Shown here: piece by piece, positions 24,752-36,820 of the stretch
How positions within the stretch are numbered: the first letter of the stretch is position 1
How the letters are laid out: each line of letters begins with the position of its first letter
Origin: the human T2T-CHM13v2.0 reference genome, Homo sapiens
Strand: one strand, 5' to 3'
DNA length: 64,000 nucleotides
Assembly (NCBI RefSeq): GCF_009914755.1
Contig: NC_060931.1
Position numbers and translations under genes: made by a program
The notes under the pieces: model-generated
Databases searched by the model: none
What the model saw: only the letters and a program-made list of their open reading frames with translations
Told to the model about the DNA's origin: nothing

Positions 24752-25825
24752 AAACTTGAACTTTTCTGACTTTATAAAGATTCTATGCAAAAAACTATGG
24801 CTAACATTGTGGTTAATGAGGAAAGAGTGAATGCTTCCCCCTCTAAGATTAGAAACAAAGCAAAGGTGTCTGCTTGCTACATACTTGTTCAACACAGTAC
24901 TGAAAATTTTAGTTAGTGTAAGACAGAAAAGAAATAAAAGAAAAATATCTGAAATAAATAAATAAAACTGCCCTTATTTGCAAATGCCATGGTTGTCTGC
25001 ATAGAATATCCCATGGACTTTGCAAAAAAATTCCTAGAACTAATAGGTTCAAGAATGCCACATAATGGAAGATAAACATACAAAAACCAATTGTACTTCT
25101 GTATACTTCCAATGAGCATGTAGATGTCAAAATTTAAAATACCGTACTATTTTACATCACTCAAAAATAAATATGTGCATATCTAGGCAAACATGAACAA
25201 TATATATCTATATATGGATATATATATAGATAGATGCAGAAAACTACAACATGTGGATGGAAGAAATCACAGAAGATCCACGTGCATAAAGAACTATACC
25301 ATGTTCATGAATGGTAAGACCCAATGTAGTTTAAGGCCAATTGTCTCCAAATTAATATATAGCTTTAAAGTAACGTCTATCAAGGCCCAGCAAAATTTTC
25401 TAGGAATAGACGAGATTATTCTAAAATTGATTTTGAAAGGCAAAGGAACTGCAATAGCTAAAATAATTTGGAAAAAGCAGAATAAAGTTGTAGGAATCAT
25501 TCAACTGGATCTTAAGGCTTATTATAAAAATAACTACAGTAATCAAGACTATTAGGTATTGGTTGGTTGCATAGCTGAAGTAAACAGTATAAAGAACCCA
25601 GAAATAGATTCTTACAAATATGCCCAACTGATTTTTCACAAAGGTGCAAAAGCAGTTCAATGAAGGAAAGATAGCCTTTTCAACAAATAGTGCTGGAGCC
25701 ATTGGTGACTCATAGACAGAAAAACAAACCTCATTGTAAGTCTCATACGTTTTATAAAAATAAACATAAAATAGATCATAAACTTAAGCGTAAAACATAA
25801 AACTATAAAGCTTGTAGAAAAAATA

Positions 25826-26117
25826 GGCTGGGCGTGATGGCTCATGCCTGTAATCCCAGGACTTTGGGAGGCTGAGGTGGGCGAATCACAAGGTCGGGAG
25901 TTCAAGACCAGCCTGGCCAACATGGTGAAACTCTGTCTCTACAAAAAAATACAAAAAATTAGCTGAGCATGGTGGTAGGCCCCTGTAATCCCAGCTACTC
26001 AGGAGGCTAAGGCAGAAGAATTGCTTTTATCCAGTAGGTGGAGGTTGCAATGAGCCAAGATTATGCCACTGCACTCCAGCCCAGGAGACAGAGTGAGACT
26101 CCTTCTCAAAAAAAAAA
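25826..26117 (+). mobile_element. AluS (AluSg-like) inside the L1MC1
   Basis: Full dimer; gaatcacaaggtc shows the 2-nt left-arm deletion. Confidence 0.93.
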
Positions 26118-27551
26118 GTTTTAGCCTCCAGGGTTAGGCATAGATCTTAGACTTGAAACTAAAAGCGTGATCCATAAATGGAAAAATTGATCAATTGAGG
26201 TTCATCAAAATAAAAACTTTTGCTGTGCAAAGACTAGGAAGACAATGAATGGAAAAAAATATACTTGGAGAAAATATTTGCAAACCATGTCTGACAAAGG
26301 ACTAGTATCCAGAATACATAAAGAATTCTCAAGTGTCAACAGTAAAAATTAAAAAAAAATGCAGCCCAATTAGAAAATAAGCAAAATACATGAAGAGACA
26401 TCTCATTAAAGAGAACATATAATTGGCAAACAAGCATATGAGATGCTCAAAATAATGAACCTTCAGGCCAATGCCAATTAAAACCACAATGAAGCATTGC
26501 TACATACCTATCAGGAAACATAAAATTAAAAAAACATCATCAAATGCTAGTGAAGAATCAGAGAAACTGGATTACATTTATTACTGGTGAAAATGTCAAA
26601 TTGTACAGCCACTCTAGAGACAGTTTGGCACTTTATTATAAAATGAAACACGCAACTACCATATAAATTGGCTCTTGGGTATTCTTGGGTATTTATCCCA
26701 GGATAACAAAACTTATGTTCACACAAAAACCCATTTATAAATGCTTATAGCGTCTTTATTGGTAATAGCCAAAAATTGAAAATAACTCAGATGTCCTTCA
26801 GTTGGTGGATGATTAAACAAACTGCAGTGTGTCCATTACATGGAATACTGCTCAGCAGTGTAAGTGAATGAACTATTGAAAGGCCCAACAACTTGGAAGG
26901 AACTCCAAGCATATGCTGAATGAAAAAGCCAACCCCAAAAGTTTACATGTTATCAAATTCCATTTGTATAATAGTCTGGAAATGACAAAATTATAAAAAT
27001 GGTGAACAAATTTAGTGGTTGTTAGGGATTCAGGAGGGAATGGGCTGGGAGGGAAGTGAGTGTGGCAATAAAAGGGCAACATGAGGGATACTTGTGGTGG
27101 TACAAGTGTTGTATCAGTGTCATCAACATCGTTGTTACATTTTATTATAGTTTTGCAAGATGTTACACTTGAGAGAATCTGCTTAAGGGATAGATAGGAC
27201 ATCTGCATTATTTTTTATAACTGTATGTGAATCTATAAAGATTCCAAAATTTAAAAATAAATTTTAAAAGGCAGTGATTTTCAGATTGGATATAAAAGCG
27301 AGATTCAACTACATCCTGTTTACTATGTTATAAAGAATGGATAGACTCTAATAGCGAGAAAGCTGGAGTAGCTATTTGAATACATCAAAGTAGATTTCAT
27401 AGCAAATAATGTTGTCAGGAATATAAAAGATCGTTTCATATTGATAAGAATGTTATTTCATCAAGAAAACAGCAATCCTAAATATGTTCACACTAAATAA
27501 TAGGGTTTCATAATCCATGAAGCAGAAATTCATAAAACTACAACAAGAAAA

Positions 27552-27735
27552 ATTTTTTTTAATTTTTATTTTAGGTTTGGGGGTACATGTGAAGATTTGT
27601 TACCTAAATACATGTCATGGGGACTTGTTATACATATTATTACATCACCCAGGTATTAAGCGCATTACCTAATAGTTATCTTTTCTGACTCTCCCCTTCC
27701 TCTCACCCTCCCCACTCATGTAGACACCAGTGTCT
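27552..27735 (-). mobile_element. L1PA (about L1PA11-13) 3' end
   Basis: T-rich tail, then ggggtacatgtgaagatttgttac...catcacccaggtattaagc. Confidence 0.88.
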
Positions 27736-28777
27736 AAACAATGAGAAATTAACACAATTATATTTAGTGAGTTCAGTAGCTTTCATTGAATGACTGACAG
27801 AAGAAAAAGAAAGTCAGTAAGGATGTAGAAGAATTACAGAACATCATCAACAAATTTATTCACTTGACATTTATAGAAAACAGTCGACTTACCTGCAGCA
27901 GAACACACAGTCTTTTTAAGTGCTCATGAAACAGTTACCAAGGCAGATCATATTCTGGCCAGGGGCCAGCCAACTATGGATGTGCACAATGATAACTAAA
28001 AAACATTTCTCAATAAATTAAAAAATACCTACATAAAGAGCTATATACCATGTTCATTTATTGGAAAAGTCAATATTGTTAATTTCTCTATTCTCCAAAA
28101 AGTAATCTATCACTTCACTTTAATCCCAAATTGAAAACCAGACTCTGAAATTTATATAAAAATGCAAAGGACCTAGAAAAACAACTTCACAAAAGAAAAA
28201 CAGTGTTGGAGGATATAAACTATTTGGCTTTAAACCTTATTTAAAATATATAGTAATAAAATGTGTATAGGATTGGCATCAAGATTAAAAAATAGATTAA
28301 TGACCCAGATTACAAAGTTTAGAAATAAACTGCCACATATAAATACAGTCATTTTGTTTTCAACAAAGTTAAATAGGTTACTCAGTGGAGACAGAAAATA
28401 TGAACTTTTCAACAAATATAGGAGAGCAGGTGGGTATCCAGAGACACACATGCAAAACTACTTTCTTTCACACAATATGCAAAAATTAACTCAACATTGA
28501 TCACAAACTTAAATGTAAAATGAACAACTATAAAATGTCAAGAAAGAAGGAGAAAAATTTTTGTGACATCGAGTTAAGCTAAGTTTTTTAAAAACAATAC
28601 CAAAACAAGCTGTAAAGGAAAAAACTGATACATTGAACTTCAAAATTAAGAACTTCTGTTCTTTGGAATATATGGTTTCAAAATCCAAAAAGCAATCGCA
28701 GATTAGGAGAGTGTTTGTAAATCATATAAGACAAAGAACTCAATAAAAATAAAACAAAAAAATTTAAAGTGGCAAAA

Positions 28778-28826
28778 ATGTGAACTTTAAGAAGAAACAT
28801 GGATGTGAACTTTAAGAAGAAACATG
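28778..28826. repeat. Tandem duplication, 25-bp period
   Basis: atgtgaactttaagaagaaacatg x2. Confidence 0.9.
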
Positions 28827-29022
28827 AAAATGTGCTTGATGTCATTAGTCTTTAGGGCAAGGCAAATCAGAACCACCATGACATACCACTATGCACCTAT
28901 CAGAGTGTCTAACATTACAAGACTGTCCATATTTAATGTTGACAAGGATGTGGAGCAACTGGTCCTTTATTTGCTGGAATGTGAAACGGTGCAACCACTT
29001 TAGAAAACAGGTTGGTCATTTC

Positions 29023-29108
29023 TGGCGTGAACCCGGGAGGCGGAGCTTGCAGTGAGCTGAGATTGCGCCACTGCACTCCAGCCTGGGCAACAGAGCGAGA
29101 CTCCATCT

Positions 29109-29142
<34 letters not shown>
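29023..29142 (+). mobile_element. 5'-truncated AluY with 33-nt pure poly(A)
   Basis: tggcgtgaacccgggaggcggagcttgcagtgagc carries AluY diagnostics. Confidence 0.93.
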
Positions 29143-29143
<1 letters not shown>

Positions 29144-29429
29144 CAGACTGGTGTGGGTGAGGTGCAGGTGAGGGATGGGAACCTGGTGGTGGAGGAAAAA
29201 AGGGGGCAGTTACAAAGCAGCATGGAGCTCAGTTATTGCTGCTATAAACCAAAAGTACAATTCTAAGTGTCCCAGTGACTGAATTGACCCCTTCTCTCAA
29301 CCAAGAGGATTCCAAAGAAACCTGAAAAACTAGTCCAAGTCATGACAGGAAGAGGGGATTGGACATCCCTCATTCTACTCGTCTCTCTTTGGAATCCAGG
29401 TGCAATTGATGTTAAAACAGAGATCTTAA

Positions 29430-29707
29430 TGAGACAGAAATAGTACTGGGTATTTATAGGAGGATGGAAAAGCCCAAAGAACAGCTAGAACAAGAACTAG
29501 GCAAAGAAATCACAGGATTACAGAAACCCCAAAATGAGTGAGAGTAAACAGCCAAAAAGCAAACAAACAAACAAAAAAAGCCTGGTCAGGATGACATGTT
29601 CATGACCCTTTGAAGCAAACCCAAGCTAGGGAGAAAGGAGGCAGTAACCGGGGATGGGAGGGTCCTTGAAATCCCCTCCTTTTTCAGAATACTAATCATT
29701 ATTTCAG
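29430..29707 (+). mobile_element. 5' fragment of a second ERV1 LTR (MER66/MER41-like) nested in the MER4
   Basis: Begins tgagacagaaatagtactggg...aggaggatggaaaagcccaaag; not MER4 sequence; subfamily from recall. Confidence 0.6.
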
Positions 29708-29799
29708 GCTCTGTAGCAATAAGACTCCAAATTTCAACCTGATTCTAGTATAGCATCACATAACAGATAGCAGGCCCTGAGAGAAGTCAAAGTAACTTA

Positions 29800-30229
<430 letters not shown>

Positions 30230-31057
30230 TTAATCCAGATATTCCCTTCTATTGATTCCAGGTCTTTAGATAATAACTTAACTCTTTTAACCAATTGCCA
30301 ATCAGAAAACCTTTTAATCCAGCTATGACCTAGAAGCCCACCACCCACTCCAAAGTTGTCTTGCCTTTCTGGACCAAACCAATGTACACCTTACATGTAT
30401 TCATTGATGTCTGCCTGTAACTTCTGTCCCCCTAAAATGAATAAAATCAAGCTGTGACCCAATCACTTTGGGCACATGTTCTCAGAATCCCCTGAGGCTG
30501 TGTCATGGGTCATGGTCCTCATACTTGGCTTGGAATAAATCTATTCAAATATTTTACAGAGTTTGGCTTTTTTTTTCTTCTTCTTCTTTTTTTTTTTTTA
30601 AATCAACACTGCCCCTGCAAAGCCTTTTTGATTACCTAAGCTGATTTTGATGTTGCTTCACATTATGACGCTCAGCACCCTAAACAGCATTCCCTGGTGA
30701 ATCACACGCAATTCCTTAGCAATAATGTCTTAGAATTCTCAGATACAAGATACTTATACACCATTATTTTAAGAGAGAGAAACAGTCCTGCATTTCCATC
30801 TTATTAAAGATGCCAATCAATTTCTCAAACATTACCACCACATTCTTACACACCAATTTAAAACTCCAGCAAATATTTTAGTCACATGTAAACCATGTGA
30901 AACAGCAATTCAGCACATTTAATGTATGGCTCCCCTAGACAGCAGTAGCATAAGGCATGGGCATAATGTGAGAAGAGCCAGCATAGCCTTCTAGTGCCTT
31001 TCCTGTCCTGTCTCCTGTATGCTCAGGTTTCCAATTTGTATAGTGAATGTGGGGTAA

Positions 31058-31071
31058 GTTGTTATGGCAAC
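31058..31071. promoter_or_regulatory. RFX X-box-like motif
   Basis: GTTGTTATGGCAAC, a 12/14 match to the palindromic GTTGCCATGGCAAC. Confidence 0.35.
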
Positions 31072-31929
31072 TGCCTTTTATAATGAGACTTGGTAGCAGA
31101 CAGGATCAGCTCCTTCTCACCTCCTCAGAACCATGAACTCTTGCCCCACGGGACTGCCTGTGTGCCTCGGTGGCCTCTGCCACTAGGACAGCACTAGCAC
31201 ACAGATGTAGGCTGAATTGTTCAGATTTGGAAATTATTACATTCCCTTTACTTCCAGCTGCCAAAGCAGTCATCTAAAATTTAGCCACATGAAAAGAGAA
31301 CAAATAGAAATTTTCTCATTTATAATCCAGGTTTCCTTTTTCTCCAACCAGCATCTCCCTGCCCCCAGCTCTCCAAATGCTTTTTCTAATTATTTTATTA
31401 TTTATTTATTTATTTTTTTTTTACCACTAAATTCTCTCTGGAAAGGACAGGAAAGAAATGAGACTGGAAATCTAAACTTCCATTGTCTCCCTCTGCTAGC
31501 AGGTATGCATGTGCTTCCTTCCTGCAAGAAACCTCCTGACTTCTCAGGCCTGGATGTACTCAGCAAAGCAGCTGCGAGGAATGAGGGTACTGCGGGGGCA
31601 AAAGGTGCTGAATGAGACTCCCAGGGTTCAGTTTGAGGCAGCCTGTGGCCCTGGGGCTGACCAGACCGCTGTGTCCTGTGTCCCACCTACCCCATTTCCT
31701 ACAGGGGACATTCCTTTTGAATTTCCTACTGCTTCCTATTCCCCATCTCATGCACCCATTAATCCCCCGTAGCAACAAGCTTCTTCCTTTCTTGTTTATT
31801 TCATTTTCTAATTCAAGCCATTTCAGTGAGTATTCATGGAGCCGCGGGCATGTGATGAGCATCTTGCTCAATTTTAGAAACATGCATCTACTGAAGGAGT
31901 CCCATAAATAAAAACTTGACAACATTGTT

Positions 31930-33720
31930 AAAATCTATTGATCATGTGTGCCCTTGTCTATTCCTGAACCCTTCGTTTCCTTGCATTGATCTGTCTATTC
32001 ATCCTTATGCCAGTATCACACTAGGGCTTCATTAGAAGACCCAAAACTATGCACTGTAAGTCCTCCAAAAATTTTTTTTTTCTAAGGTTGTTTTGGTTAT
32101 TCCGGAACTGTTGTATTTCCAAAAAATGTGAAATTACCTTCTTAATTTATACTACTACATTTCTGAAATTTTTATTGGGAATATGTTGAATAAATAAATC
32201 TTTTGAAGAAAAAAGTATATCTTATTGGAGTCTTACAACCAAAGAACTTCGTATACATTTTAATTTATTTAAATCTTAATCTTTAATTTTTCAAAACAAA
32301 CTTTTATAATTTTTACCATGGAAGTCTGCACATATTTTGTTTAGCTAATTCCTGTATACTATATAATAATATGCTATACTATACTATATTAATAATATAC
32401 TATAATATATAATTAATTATATAATAATATAATATAATATAAAATAATGCAATTCATATATTATTTTCATGTTATTGTATATAGGGTTCTTTTAAAAATT
32501 AATTTAATTGGTGCTATTTTGTTAAAATACAATTGATTTTTGTATATTATTCTAGAATTCTGTAATCTTGATAAATTCACTTATTTTTTCTAATAGTCTT
32601 TAATAGATTCCACAGAATTTCTACAATGCAATTATGTCATCTGAAAAATTTTATTTATTTTATATACATTTTTAAATTCTTGTCTTATAAGACAAGCTAG
32701 GACCTCTGTCTGGTACATTGCTGAATAAGTGTGCTACTGAAACTATAAGTTATCTTAGTTTTTTCTTTGGTATGAAAAATGTCTTTATTTAAACTTCATT
32801 TATGAAGAATAATTTTACTGGATATGAAATTCTTTCTTGGTTCTTTTGCTTTTTCAATACTTTAAAAACATTGTTTTATTTTCTTCTGGTTCGCAACGTT
32901 TCTGTCGAGAACCAAGCATTCATTTTCATCTTTGGTTGCCCATATGTAATGCTTTTTTTTTTTTTTTTTTTTGGGTTGCTTTTAAGATGTTTTCTTTATT
33001 TATTTTAAGATCCTGTGTTCAGCCGTGATTTTTTTTTTTGGGTGTTAATCTTATTTGTGGTTCTCTTAGATTCTGTTGTATGTAGAAATATAGTTTTTAT
33101 TAAATCTGGAGATAAAAGGCCATTATTTGAAATATTTTTCTTCCCCCTTCTGGAACTCCAAATATAACTATGTTAAGATACTTGGTACAGTTCCAAACTC
33201 AAGGAGATGTGTGTTTTAAAAGTTTTTGGTTTCTTTTGTTCTGTTTCTATGCAGCTACTAATCTGCTGTTAACTCTATCCAGTTATATTTTTTATTTCAA
33301 ATATAACATTCTTATCTCTAGAAGTTGCATTCTTTTTTTAAATATTTTCAGTTTCTCTTCTTCTTATGCTTACCCTTTTCTTGAATTTTGTGAGCATATT
33401 TGTAATAGTTGTGTCATAGCTCCTGCCTTCAATTCCATTAATTCGGCACTTAAGGTTTTAGTATGGTATCCATTGACTAATATTTTTTCCTGGTTATGGT
33501 TCAGAGTTCCCTGCTTCATCACAAGTCCAGTAAATTTTAATTGGAGTCTGGAAATTGTGAATGTTACATTCTTGAGTGACTGGATTTTGACTCCAATGTT
33601 TAAAGTGTGTTGGATTTTGTTTTGATAGGCATTGAATTACTTAAAGATTACAAGGTTTGTTAGAGTCAATCTAGTTTAGCCTTAATAGTGAAGCATGGTT
33701 GTTCTGGCATCTCTAACAAA
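31930..33720 (-). mobile_element. Old L1ME-type fragments with an AT-rich tract at 32355-32460
   Basis: ctgtctattcatccttatgccagtatcacac, aatacaattgatttttgtatatt, tttatgaagaataattttactggatatgaaattct. Confidence 0.75.
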
Positions 33721-33799
33721 TGCCTGAGCTGGGAATGCTGAGTAAATAAAAGCATGGTAGGTGGAGATGCTCCTGCAGTCTCTCTGTGTTATCTTACTG

Positions 33800-35470
33800 G
33801 TTCCCACCAAGGTCATGAATGGCCTTGGGGCTGCTGAATTTGATGATCCTTTTTTGCTCTGTCATCCTTCAGGCTTCTCTGCTGCATTTGGTTGTCAGCC
33901 ATTCCTGGCTTCTGGAAGGGCTCTCCTGCCTTGACTTCCTCACATTCAACTTATCCTGCTTTTTCATCTATTCTCTCTGCATTGCTCCATTCCTCTTCCA
34001 CTGATTTTAAATATAAATTCTCCAGAGGGGTATGACAGTGGGCTGTTTATTAGCTTTGACCTCTAGTTTATAGTAATTCTCAATCAGTATCTTTCCTTCA
34101 CACCTCTCTCTTCGGCACTATCTCCATATTCAACTGGCTACTGGCTATCTACACTTGGAGCTCTCACAAAAACCTCAGACTCAACAGGCCCCGCACTGAA
34201 CTCAGCTTCTTTGCAAGCTGTTTACCTTTAGTTGTTATCTGTCTGCATGGCTCCCTCACCATCTCTACAGGTGCACATTTCTGATTCCCCATCTTCACTG
34301 CAGGTCCCGTTCATCTTGTCTCCCAAAGATTTGACTATGATTCCCTCCTCTTCATCTTCACTCTCACACAGATGCTCTGTGGAGGCTCTGACAAAGATTC
34401 TCTGCTTGACCAAACATTAGCCAGGTTTCTGAACCTTCTTGTGGGCCCAACTGTGCACTTCCTTATAAAATCCAGTTTTAGCAAAACCTTGCTGTCTTAG
34501 TTTAGCAAGAACCCCTCATTATTGATGGTTTTTCAGGTTCCTCATCTGCCACCTTTCCCCAGGTGATATCCGATTACCTGGGCCTGTCTTTAGCAAGAAT
34601 TCTGCTATTGGTTTAGCCAGAATCCACCCTTACCCTGAGGTTTCCTGTTAGTGACTGTCCACCCACTGGCATCCACCCTGCTTCTTGGCTGTAAGTTTCA
34701 ACTTGCTGTGTTTCAAGTTGAATCCCATCTGTCTTGTCCACTGAAAAACCCCATTGCTATGGCCCCTATGCCTATGGCAATGGGCTGAATAAAGTATCCT
34801 TTATCATACTTCAACATGTGTCATTGAACAATGTTTTATCTAACAGCTCTCACCATTCTTTTCACGTGTTACTAGAACCATCTCCCAAGTGTCCATGCTC
34901 AATCTCTTCTAATTTGTTCTTTGAAGGATTATGTGTATCATTTCATAAAATTCAAATTCCATTATGACACCCACCTGATTGAAATGTTTTAAAAGCTATA
35001 TATTATTTTTGATACTAAGCTCAAGCTTTGAAGTATGGCCACACAGTCTTCAATAATATGATTGCTATTTGTCTTCCTAGCCTCATTTCTTTCTGTACTT
35101 AGGCAGGGACTTGTCTATTCCTTCCTTCCTGATCTACTTGTTCTTTGAACATACTAAACTTTCCCTTTGCTCTTAACACCTATTCTAAAATTCTCATCCT
35201 CTTGCTTACCTGACTCTCTCCTACACATTTATCACAAGCTACATAAGGTATTACTATGACCAAAAAGTCTTACTTATAACTCTTAAGAAGAGGGCACCAT
35301 GCATCCTTTCTCTGTCCCCACCATACTTGCATTTTGCACCATCATTGCACTTTGATATTGAGTTGTGATTAGTTGTTTTCTTGTTTATATATCCTACTGG
35401 GTTCTGGGTCTCCTCAAGGTAGGATGTGGCTCAAAGTCAACATCAATACATATTACTAGAAATGCCCTTG
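33800..35470 (+). mobile_element. L2, interrupted by MER31
   Basis: cttctctgctgcatttgg, atctccatattcaactggctactggctatctacacttgg...ctcagactcaaca. Confidence 0.65.
34389..34845 (+). mobile_element. MER31 ERV1 solo LTR
   Basis: tgacaaagattctctgcttgaccaaac...aataaag...tctaaca; 4-bp TSD GCTC at 34385-34388 and 34846-34849. Confidence 0.88.
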
Positions 35471-35810
35471 GAGAGAAAAGGATGAGTAAAGTCTGTATCA
35501 TTAGGAGCAATAACAAGTATTGACAAACTAACTTATTCATACTTGATTTAGAGTATGTGTTATAGACCAATAAAAAATAAAACATGTTTGGACAGAAAAG
35601 TAGTGGTAAGATTAGAAAGAGCCTTGATGTCAGACAAGGAATACTAGAGGAAAGGAGACTGCAGGATTTTTTTTTTAAGTAACATAATCAGAACCGAATT
35701 TTTCAAATTAATTGTTTTGAATAGAAGGGTAGGTAAAATTTACCCAAGGGAATGAGAATAACCAGAGTCCTTCTTCAATATTTTTCAAATGTAAGTAATG
35801 AATAAAAACA

Positions 35811-36820
35811 TGTATTATGGAGTAAATAATGAATAAAAAATGGGATAAATTAAATGTGAAATGGGAGAAAAACTGGCATTTGTGTTTCCTGCCGAGAGGA
35901 AAAAGCCAGCAAGAGAAGCTCCAGGGAAAGGTGGAGCATCTGAGTCCCTGAGGCAGTTGGACCACTGTCCCTAGTGCTGGATGCCCTGCTGAAAATGCAG
36001 CATTAACCCCTTTCCATTCCACAGTTTCTTTCACCTAGCATGGGTGAGGCCCGGATCAGTGTTTCTCAGAATTTCTTTGAGTTTCCAATTTCTGTTTCCA
36101 GGATGGGAGGCATTCACACCCCATTTGGTAGGTAAAAGAGAAGGAGAAACTGTTTTCCTCCAGCACCAGCATCAGGAAGCAGCTGAGGTTATTGATTGTG
36201 GCTTTCAATGATGCCATAAGTCCCATTGCTAATCATCCCCTCTGGCACTGTGAGAAGCTGAATTATTGGTATTGGTTTCCCTACAATCCTTGTATATTAG
36301 ATTTTTTGAAAATGGCCTTTTGACCTTTCTCCCACAGACTTCCCAATAGTTATATACAACTTAACTGACTGTATTAAATATATCTTTACTAAAAATATCT
36401 AGAGAGGCTTCTGTTTCTCTAAATGAGCACTCACTAATACAGTATTTGGTTTTGAGATAAATTTGGAGATAATAAGAACTTCATTAATGGGAATTCAGGA
36501 CTGGTTAGCTAACCAAGTTGGTGTTGAAGGCAGAATTAATTTTATCCAGTGGAAAACTAGACACTGGCAGTTGCAACCATATGATCACATTAGTTATAAC
36601 CTTAAGTTGCCTGGAATAAAGCAGTAATGGAAACCTTAGAAGAAAGTGACCATTGTAGTAGAAAAATTGCTATGAAGGTGTTGAAGATAAAAGGAGTCTG
36701 GAGTGAGCAAACATTATTACTACGCAGGAGAGTATTAAAAAAAAAGAAACAGTTTTGAGGGTTTAAATTTCCAGAACAAGGCATGGTCAAAAAGCTAGAG
36801 AATTTCTACATCTGTCCCTG
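35811..36820 (+). mobile_element. ERVL LTR (LTR33/41/52 group) ending at 36441, plus the start of internal sequence
   Basis: 3' end ctagagaggcttctgtttctctaaatgagcactcactaataca followed by gtatttggt; both outer boundaries approximate. Confidence 0.55.

Larger units (their letters stand above)
20582..27266 (+). mobile_element. Near full-length L1MC1-like LINE-1
   Basis: 5'UTR, ORF1, ORF2 remnants (YIELSENEN..., [12 protein letters not shown]...[10 protein letters not shown]), L1MC1-type 3'UTR (aaagggcaacatgagggata), and TSD AAAGGCAG at 20571-20578 and 27267-27274. Confidence 0.85.
27267..29022 (+). mobile_element. Older L1M host, right part (ORF2 with internal deletion)
   Basis: Endonuclease region to about 27960, then distal ORF2 (tataccatgttcatttattggaaaagtcaatattgtt...gaaaacaggttgg). 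Confidence 0.75.

Noticed and set aside
31176-31195. CTCF-like GCCACTAGGACAGCA
   Set aside because: Mismatches in the core GGC positions make it too weak to call
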